From IMG/VR virus record IMGVR_UViG_3300037067_008064, positions 64,001 to 128,000 of that record: 64,000 bases of DNA, one strand, 5' to 3'. Of this stretch, positions 56,901-64,000 are shown piece by piece; positions within the stretch are counted from its first letter, which is position 1; each line of letters begins with the position of its first letter. The notes below the pieces were generated by a model. That model made no database searches and was not told the DNA's origin. It saw only the letters and a list, made by a program, of their open reading frames with translations. The DNA comes from a virus (lineage: Duplodnaviria; Heunggongvirae; Uroviricota; Caudoviricetes). The position numbers were made by a program, and so were the translations under genes.

Positions 56901-56917
56901 TGTTAATATTTGTTAAA
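56901..56917 (-). promoter_or_regulatory. Tandem TTTAACA box (variant)
   Basis: tttaacaaatattaaca on - strand upstream of 56830. Confidence 0.55.
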
Positions 56918-57003
56918 TTAGGTAAGTCTTAATTTATGTTCACTTAAATAAAGATTCATATAAATTCCCTGTATACTGAAAACAAAGATTTTATTTTATA
57001 TAT

Positions 57004-57315
57004 TTGAGGATATATAAATTAAAAATTAAAAATATGGAAAATCAAATTAATGATAAAAAAATTATAGTTATGTTTAAAGTAGAAGGCCAGGGAATTATTG
57101 AAGTTGGTTGTCAAAGTAATAATTTATGGAATAAAAATATTGTTAACAATACTTTTATTTGGCTTTTTGAATCTTTTGTTGGTGATAAAATAATGTTATG
57201 TGCTTATTCAAATAATAATGTGGTTAAATTAAGTATTATTATTAATGATGAAGTAAAAGAACAAACCAACATAATGCCTCATGATTATAAATGTATTAAT
57301 TATGAAGTAATATAA
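57004..57315 (+). CDS. Hypothetical protein (start probably MENQ)
   Basis: ORF after late-type motif. Confidence 0.45.
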   Translation: MRIYKLKIKNMENQINDKKIIVMFKVEGQGIIEVGCQSNNLWNKNIVNNTFIWLFESFVGDKIMLCAYSNNNVVKLSIIINDEVKEQTNIMPHDYKCINYEVI

Positions 57316-59010
57316 TTATTCTTCCGGAATTATTTCTTCACCGTTTTCTAATTTTTCAATTGTCATATCTGAAAATCCTGAATTTTTAGTGATTTCGACT
57401 CTATATGAAAAATATTCAATTGGTAATGGGGCAAAATTAATAATAAAAATATTCATACAAAGTTCTTTTGCGGTCCTTTGTAATAATCCAATAATATCAT
57501 AGATTCCATCACCATCAATTGAAGAAAGAATTTCATCAAGTAAGAATATATTTAAATTTGGATATTTCCTTTTTAACATTCTTATAATACTAATAAGAAC
57601 TGCTAAATCAACCCTTTTCTTTTCACCTGTGCTTAGTGTTTCTACATTAATTTCCATTCCTAAATAACTTAATTCGGGTTCAAAATCTGAATTAAATATT
57701 AATGAATATGGAAAATGTAATTCTGTTAGTGTATATTCAACTTCTCTATTAAGTGTTGGTAAATAATTTTCTAATATTCTTTTTTTAATTCCATTATCAG
57801 AATAAAGTTCTTCTAAAATAGATAAATATTTATTACTATCATCTAATTGAATTTTATTTTCTTCTATTTGTTTGAGTTTAATATTTCCATCAGATATAAT
57901 ATTTTTAATACTATCAAATTCTTTAGGTTTATCTTGTTTTAAATTATTATATTCTTTTTCAATTGTAGTTAAATATCTTTGGGCATTTCCTATGTATAAA
58001 TTAATTTGAGCAATACCGTCATTAGTATTTTTTAATAATGTTATATATTTAGATTCTGATGTATTTAAAGTATTTAATTGAATTTCTTTTGAGTGAATGT
58101 TCGTTTCTAATTCACCCTTTAATAAAACAAATCTATTATCATTAAATGGGGTTTCACAAGTTGGGCATTTATCTTGATTAAATAAATTAATTTTCTTTTG
58201 AAATTCTGCTATTTCATGTTGAATTTTAGTTTTTTGTCTTGTAAATTCAGTATAAGCACCATCAATTTTATTTTTGTTATTTTGATAAAGTTGAAGTTTA
58301 TTATATGCTTCTTTTAATTTTGGTTTTAAAGCTGTTAATTGATTTTCAAGTGTTTTTAATTTTGCAGTATTATCTTCTTGTACTTTATTTTGTAAGTCAG
58401 ATAATTCTTTTGATGCATTATTAACATAATTTTCTAGAGTTTTAATTTCTCTATTATAAATTTCTATGTTAGTTTTAATATCTCTTAAATCCTTTTTAAC
58501 AAGTTCATTCATTTTATTAATGATTTCCATTGCAAAAAGTTTATCAATAATAATTCTTTTATCATTAGGTGTCATTGAAATAAAAGATTTAAAATCATTA
58601 ATTGATAAAGATACTATGTTAGAAAAAACATGATAAGGTAAACCAGTTACTTCAGCATCAATAAAATCTTGATAATTATTAATACCAGATTTTCCAATAT
58701 CCTCTCCATTTTTTTCTACATAAAGTTCAGATGGTGATAATTTTCTTTCAATTACTACAAAATTTTCAGGGCTAACTTGTATTTCTCCTCTTACCCAACC
58801 GTGTTTATTAATACGATTAGCTATTTCATCCTTATTAAATTTATTTAGTTTTCCATAATATAAAATTTTTGGAAGATTTATAAGAGTTGATTTTCCAGCA
58901 CCATTACGTCCTAGAACCATCCATAAACCGCCATCTTCTGGAAATTCAAGAGTTTGAATCTTATTACCATAAGGCCCAATATTTCTCCATTCTATTTTTT
59001 TTAATTTCAT
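57316..59010 (-). CDS. Recombination exonuclease ATPase subunit, T4 gp46/SbcC/Rad50-like
   Basis: GRNGAGKST, coiled coil with CPTC hook, LSTGEKKR, LLDE. Confidence 0.95.
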   Translation of the reverse strand: MKLKKIEWRNIGPYGNKIQTLEFPEDGGLWMVLGRNGAGKSTLINLPKILYYGKLNKFNKDEIANRINKHGWVRGEIQVSPENFVVIERKLSPSELYVEKNGEDIGKSGINNYQDFIDAEVTGLPYHVFSNIVSLSINDFKSFISMTPNDKRIIIDKLFAMEIINKMNELVKKDLRDIKTNIEIYNREIKTLENYVNNASKELSDLQNKVQEDNTAKLKTLENQLTALKPKLKEAYNKLQLYQNNKNKIDGAYTEFTRQKTKIQHEIAEFQKKINLFNQDKCPTCETPFNDNRFVLLKGELETNIHSKEIQLNTLNTSESKYITLLKNTNDGIAQINLYIGNAQRYLTTIEKEYNNLKQDKPKEFDSIKNIISDGNIKLKQIEENKIQLDDSNKYLSILEELYSDNGIKKRILENYLPTLNREVEYTLTELHFPYSLIFNSDFEPELSYLGMEINVETLSTGEKKRVDLAVLISIIRMLKRKYPNLNIFLLDEILSSIDGDGIYDIIGLLQRTAKELCMNIFIINFAPLPIEYFSYRVEITKNSGFSDMTIEKLENGEEIIPEE

Positions 59011-59011
59011 T

Positions 59012-60130
59012 TTAATTTGGTATTTGTGTTTCTTCTTTAGTGCTCTTTTCGTAATATTGCTTATTTAAAGTTCTTAACTTAGCAATAGTATCTGGGTTAA
59101 ATTTAAATTCAATTATTACATTATCTAAGAGCGTTGGTATGTCTCTAATATCAATATCTTCAACAACTTCACTAATATTTTCTTCATATTTTCTTTTTTC
59201 ACCAACTGTTTCTATTTTTTTAAATTTACAATCATCTAAAATATCAATAAATTTGGTTAAATTAAAAAGATGAATCCATTTATTTGGAACAATTATATCA
59301 GTATAATTATTATTTAATATTTTTGAAACATCATTTTTAGTTAATTCTAAAATGGATTCCAAATATACTCTTTGAAATTTTGGTGAAAAATCATTTTCTT
59401 TAAAAAATATTTTATTATTATTTGGAGCAAAAACATATACACCCTTTGTATTTCCAATATCTGATCTTTTAGTATGATATGGAGAACCTAAGTAAATAAA
59501 ATTTTCAGATTCTTGTCTTTTATGAATATGACCAGATATTATTCGTTTAAAAGAAAAAGTATTTAAATCAATTCCTTTATTTATTTCAGTACCATTATCT
59601 CTTTTAAATCCACTAAAATCTCCGTGTGCAAAAATATAATCTGTTGGATTATATTTAATAAAATTTTCTTCTTTTTCTTTATTACCAAACCATGTTAAAA
59701 TTAAAATGGATGATTTTTTATTTGAAATTACAATTGGGTTTTCATATATTTTAATGTTTGGAATAGATTTAAATACTTTAAGAGAATTAATATTAGTATC
59801 ATATTTTTTATATATGTCATGATTACCTGCCATTATATGAACTGGTAATATATTAGATAATTCAATAAATAAATCAATTACAATATTCATAACAAAAATA
59901 TCTATCATTTGTCTGTTATCAAACACATCCCCTAGTATAAAAAGAATATCTCCCTTCTTAACATTTTCTTTTAAAAAAGGAATATAAAAATCGGTAAAAA
60001 ATCCTCGTTGATTTTCTACCCATTCAAGTGAATTTGCCCTAACTCCGAAATGTAAATCTGATAATAAGAATATTTTGTTATAATTGATCTCTTCTGTGTT
60101 TAATTTATACTGAACCATATCAATGTCCAT
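59012..60130 (-). CDS. Recombination nuclease subunit, T4 gp47/SbcD/Mre11-like
   Basis: SDLHFG, GDVFDNR, GNHD, SGHIH. Confidence 0.95.
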   Translation of the reverse strand: MDIDMVQYKLNTEEINYNKIFLLSDLHFGVRANSLEWVENQRGFFTDFYIPFLKENVKKGDILFILGDVFDNRQMIDIFVMNIVIDLFIELSNILPVHIMAGNHDIYKKYDTNINSLKVFKSIPNIKIYENPIVISNKKSSILILTWFGNKEKEENFIKYNPTDYIFAHGDFSGFKRDNGTEINKGIDLNTFSFKRIISGHIHKRQESENFIYLGSPYHTKRSDIGNTKGVYVFAPNNNKIFFKENDFSPKFQRVYLESILELTKNDVSKILNNNYTDIIVPNKWIHLFNLTKFIDILDDCKFKKIETVGEKRKYEENISEVVEDIDIRDIPTLLDNVIIEFKFNPDTIAKLRTLNKQYYEKSTKEETQIPN

Positions 60131-60217
60131 AAGTTATACATAGTCTTTTTAGTTATTTATAAATAAAAAAACCTTAAGAGTTTCATGATTCTTAAGATTT
60201 TATATACTATATATTAG

Positions 60218-60685
60218 TTAGAATAATCTTTGTGACTTAAATCTATGTGATATTTGATGTATCTTGTTAAAATCTTTTAATACATCTTCTTGATTAGAAA
60301 TGGAAATTTCATTGTATAAAAGTTCATAATTAATTTGAAAAAATTCAGCAAAGCATCTAAAAATATCATAAGCAGAAAAAATTTGTTTTTCTAATATTTT
60401 ATCTTTAAAATAATAAAACATTTTATTTACATCACTTTTTTCTATTCTTTTTGGATTTTTGTATTTATTATAAAAAGATGATTGAAGAAATATTTCATAC
60501 ATGAATTCTTCTAACATTTTATTAGACCTATATACAATTAAATCATCAGCTATTAAATCTTCATATAAGTGAGTAACACTATCATTAATTTTCATTGGTC
60601 CGGTAAAGGGTTCATAAGTACATTCTTCACCGCTAAAAGATTTATTATTTTTTTCTTCCATATCTTCTTCATTTTCAAAATACAT
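60218..60685 (-). CDS. Hypothetical protein
   Basis: ORF upstream of gp47. Confidence 0.6.
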   Translation of the reverse strand: MYFENEEDMEEKNNKSFSGEECTYEPFTGPMKINDSVTHLYEDLIADDLIVYRSNKMLEEFMYEIFLQSSFYNKYKNPKRIEKSDVNKMFYYFKDKILEKQIFSAYDIFRCFAEFFQINYELLYNEISISNQEDVLKDFNKIHQISHRFKSQRLF

Positions 60686-60746
60686 ATATTTTATGAATTT
60701 ATTTTATTATAGTTTTGTGATATATATTTAAAATAGAATATTAAAA

Positions 60747-61601
60747 ATGAATATTGTTTTCGAATCTTTAGATGATTTTTTATTTGAGCGTAGAGTTCAA
60801 TCTATAACTAATAAAATTATAGAAAAAAAGATATGGGAATTCTATTCTTCATTATTTACAAGAAAAGAATTTGAAAAATATAAAGAAAATTGGGCTAATA
60901 ATTTTAAATATTGGATTGATTATTGGGTAAAATCAAACATTGATATTAAATCTACTAATGATTTTATAAAAATTGTTTTAAATGATCATAAAGATGAAAG
61001 AATGATAAAAACCATAAAATTTATTATAGATAAAGTAGATGGTTGGGGTTGGTATGTAAGTGATTTAGCGCTGAATGGACATTCAATTATTGAGCATAAA
61101 CAAAGAGCCAATCTTAAAAAAGAAGATTTCATTAAATTTCTTAATGATGAAGATTATTATTATTTAGATATAAGAGGAGTTAATACCATATTAATTGAAA
61201 TAGAACCTAATTACACACAAAGAGTAATAGAAGTTCCAAAATATATTTATCATGTAACACCTTTTTATAATTTAGAAAATATTAGAAAAAAAGGATTAAT
61301 TAAACGTGAGGGTTCAGATAGAAAATATTTTGAAAGAATTTATTTTACGACAGATAAAAAATCTGCATTTGAAATTATGTTAGCATTAAAACTTAGAGAT
61401 ACAGATGAAATGGATATTTATACCCAAGAAAATGTATTAAATGGCACAGAATCATTTTCAGTAATTAAAATAGATACTTCCAAATTAATCAAAGGCACTA
61501 AATTTTATATTGACCAACATTTTGGAAAAGGAAATAAAGGAATTTGGACTAATTCAAATATTCCAAAAGAAGCAATTACTATTGAAGATAAAATTTATTA
61601 A
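60747..61601 (+). CDS. ADP-ribosyltransferase-fold candidate (Tpt1/KptA-like C-terminal domain) with N-terminal tag
   Basis: YIYHVT...NIRKKGL...RIYFT...VIKID...FYID...WT..NIP; N-terminal FESLDDFLFE. Confidence 0.55.
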   Translation: MNIVFESLDDFLFERRVQSITNKIIEKKIWEFYSSLFTRKEFEKYKENWANNFKYWIDYWVKSNIDIKSTNDFIKIVLNDHKDERMIKTIKFIIDKVDGWGWYVSDLALNGHSIIEHKQRANLKKEDFIKFLNDEDYYYLDIRGVNTILIEIEPNYTQRVIEVPKYIYHVTPFYNLENIRKKGLIKREGSDRKYFERIYFTTDKKSAFEIMLALKLRDTDEMDIYTQENVLNGTESFSVIKIDTSKLIKGTKFYIDQHFGKGNKGIWTNSNIPKEAITIEDKIY

Positions 61602-63065
61602 TTATTTAATATTATCATTAAATAATTCAGCACTTCTAACATCATCATCTATACGTGTTTCATAACCATGTGTTGCTGCAACAGCGATTTGTGATTGACT
61701 TACTCTTAATCCTCTTGGTTGTTGTTGTCCAGCAACTACATGATTAACTATAAAATCCATATCTTGTATAGGTGAATGAATATCTTCTTCTATTCTCATA
61801 TGATGCCAATCTATTCCATATCTTTTTCTCGTATTTTCATATTGTGCCACCCTATTTAATAAACATTTTAAGAAATATTCTCCCCTTGCTTTCATTTCAG
61901 CATTAGTTATAATACCAAATAAAACATCGACTGTATGTGTTAAACCCGCAGATTCAGAAATATTTAATATGCTTAAATCAGAACTTTCCCACCCTGTTCT
62001 ATTAGTTTGGGTACAACTAATAACACACCAATTATTCCTCATGGCCATTGCTCTAAGGTCTTCAGAAATTTGTTTTATTTTAATATAAAGATTTTCAGAA
62101 TTTGGATTTCTCCAATTCTTCATAATATTAAGATAATCAACAAAAATATTTTTAAATTTCTTTCCAGATAATTCTTGAACTTTTAGTAAGTGAGCTTCTA
62201 TATCATTTGCACTGGTTGATGATGATGGAAATTCTTTAACATATAAGGTACCTAATGGAGATAAACTATTTGTTATTAAATCATTAATTTTGGTTTTAAT
62301 TAAATCACTATCTTCTGCTAATGTTTCATAATCATCAATTGGTAAATTTAACATGTTAGCACCAATACGCATGTTTACTATTTCTTCTTGTAATTCAAGA
62401 GTAATATATGCAGTATTTTGACCGGTAGATACACTTTTAGCGGCTAAATTACAAAGCCACGTTGATTTACCAGCTTTAGGGCCAGAAAGAAATACAATTA
62501 ATGAGCCATCCCAATATCCACCCTTTAAACATAAATCAATATAATCATAACCTGAAGATGTTCTTTTTAAACGGGATTGTTTATGTGATTCTGGATTAAA
62601 AAAATCTGAACCCATATCAAAACCAAAGTCAATTGAAGTTTCATTGGTTAACATTCCACGAACTGTTTCAACTACATCACCTGCATTTTCTGAATTCATT
62701 GAAGTTGTTTTCATATAAGCAATTGCCTTTCTCATTGTGTGATCAAGGTTTCTTACTCTAATCCAAGAACCTATATTTTTATCTAACCAATCAACACTAT
62801 ATTGTGATAATAATTCTCTTACATTATATAATGATTCAACAATATCTGGAGTTAAAGTTTCTTGTAATCCTTTAATATGAATTAAAGAAGATATTTGTTC
62901 TTTTGAGGGTGCACTTTTATATTTATCTGCATATTCTTTAGCAATAACAAATATATCTTTTACAAACTGATTTGTAAAAAATTCTGGTTTAGTTGTGTTT
63001 AAGAATATTGGGTTGGATAGAATATAATGATAAAATACACTTTCTTGATGTGCGGGTATATTCAT
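61602..63065 (-). CDS. Replicative DNA helicase, T4 gp41/DnaB-like
   Basis: GPKAGKST, YITLEL, FVDYLNI, QTNR, SESAG. Confidence 0.95.
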   Translation of the reverse strand: MNIPAHQESVFYHYILSNPIFLNTTKPEFFTNQFVKDIFVIAKEYADKYKSAPSKEQISSLIHIKGLQETLTPDIVESLYNVRELLSQYSVDWLDKNIGSWIRVRNLDHTMRKAIAYMKTTSMNSENAGDVVETVRGMLTNETSIDFGFDMGSDFFNPESHKQSRLKRTSSGYDYIDLCLKGGYWDGSLIVFLSGPKAGKSTWLCNLAAKSVSTGQNTAYITLELQEEIVNMRIGANMLNLPIDDYETLAEDSDLIKTKINDLITNSLSPLGTLYVKEFPSSSTSANDIEAHLLKVQELSGKKFKNIFVDYLNIMKNWRNPNSENLYIKIKQISEDLRAMAMRNNWCVISCTQTNRTGWESSDLSILNISESAGLTHTVDVLFGIITNAEMKARGEYFLKCLLNRVAQYENTRKRYGIDWHHMRIEEDIHSPIQDMDFIVNHVVAGQQQPRGLRVSQSQIAVAATHGYETRIDDDVRSAELFNDNIK

Positions 63066-63119
63066 TTTTATTTTTTATCTTTATTATAAAGAAATTCAAT
63101 TAAGTTTTAAAAGAATTTG

Positions 63120-63665
63120 TTAAAGAGATAGATTAATATACATATCATGTGGTGCTCTTGATTTACCACCAAAATACGGCCATAAATGATATCCTATTTT
63201 AGGTGTTGCCAATCCTATTGGCTGTGTAAAACTATCGTGATACATTCCTTGTGAAATTTCCCAACTCATATGATCTTGTCTTTCAAATACAGTAATATTC
63301 ATTGGTTTATTAAAATTATACCCGTGATTAGTGTTAATTGGTATTCTAAATTCTTCTCCTCTATAATCATAATATGAATAAAATAAAAGCTTATATTCTT
63401 TATTGAAAAGAGAGCATTTCCAACCTATTAACCAAGAATTACAGAAATTTTTAAATACTGGTATTTTTTCTTGGTGATGTATTCTCGTAAATCCTAATAG
63501 TTTATTAATCCCCGGAGAAGGTAATTCTGTTTCATTATATATGCAATCATTTGAAAATAAAGCCATAATTTTTTTATCAATTCTTCCAGTATTAATAATT
63601 GGCTTAAATACATCACAATTAGAATAATGATGATCTTTTTTTATTTTGAAATGATATTCTTTCAT
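63120..63665 (-). CDS. Hypothetical protein
   Basis: INKLLGF..IHH...NSWLIGW motif. Confidence 0.6.
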   Translation of the reverse strand: MKEYHFKIKKDHHYSNCDVFKPIINTGRIDKKIMALFSNDCIYNETELPSPGINKLLGFTRIHHQEKIPVFKNFCNSWLIGWKCSLFNKEYKLLFYSYYDYRGEEFRIPINTNHGYNFNKPMNITVFERQDHMSWEISQGMYHDSFTQPIGLATPKIGYHLWPYFGGKSRAPHDMYINLSL

Positions 63666-64000
63666 ATAGGATCTAGACTTATAATTTCAGTTTCATGTGC
63701 ATACCCAGATGCATCAACATAACCAAGTTGCCTAAGACTATAATTATCTATTTCACAAAATGCGTCTTCTTCTTTTGGTATAATATCAAATGATAATAAT
63801 TCATCTAAATGTACATAACCTGATGAATCAACGGTTCCAACACCTCTTGGACGAATAGAAAATTGTAAGTTTTCTTTTAATAATTTTAATACTAAATCAC
63901 CTGCCGGGGTATTTAAAATTTTAATTTTTCCAGTAATTCCATTTTCATTTAAACTTACATCTATAATTTCATGTGATACATTACTGGAATTTAAAAAATC
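63662..64000 (-). CDS. Prohead protease gp21-like protein (5'-partial), catalytic Ser region substituted
   Basis: Manual translation NVSHEI...GKIKILNTPAG...FSIRPRGVG...FDII; TGA overlaps next ATG. Confidence 0.7.
   Translation of the reverse strand, partial: DFLNSSNVSHEIIDVSLNENGITGKIKILNTPAGDLVLKLLKENLQFSIRPRGVGTVDSSGYVHLDELLSFDIIPKEEDAFCEIDNYSLRQLGYVDASGYAHETEIISLDPI

Noticed and set aside
627-63665. Many opposite-strand or nested ORFs in the track (e.g. 627..962, 1696..1956, 5406..5654, 9862..10248, 15983..16666, 21181..21666, 26202..26630, 41145..41384, 47548..47958)
   Set aside because: They are antisense shadows of well-supported genes, with low-complexity mirrored composition and no motifs

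Overview
A 64-kb, very AT-rich segment of a T4-like jumbo (myo)phage genome, read in the standard genetic code. The host is probably Bacteroidota, inferred from the tmRNA tag, an RprY-like regulator and TAnnTTTG-like promoter elements. Core genes: terminase large and small subunits, gp14-like neck, gp20 portal, gp2, gp4, gp15, gp55 late sigma, gp46/47, gp41 helicase, DinG-type helicase and a gp21-like protease. An accessory region (about 6-28 kb) holds RNA-repair enzymes, a CCA-adding enzyme, an RprY-like regulator, an H1-like basic protein and many small ORFs behind a tandem TTTAACA promoter motif. There are four free-standing homing endonucleases. Strongest candidates for undescribed biology: (1) a compact, circularly permuted (two-piece) tmRNA gene with a divergent tag (40.58-40.81 kb); (2) a RiPP-like operon of an asparagine-synthase-like PP-loop enzyme and two Cys-rich YxKP-leader peptides (54.8-55.9 kb); (3) many unrelated proteins sharing an N-terminal [ILV]-x-E capsid-targeting-like tag, including Acb1-like and ADP-ribosyltransferase-like cargos; (4) two tRNA-like elements with intact acceptor and T arms but broken anticodon arms. 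All protein family calls come from motif recognition by eye; no database searches were run.
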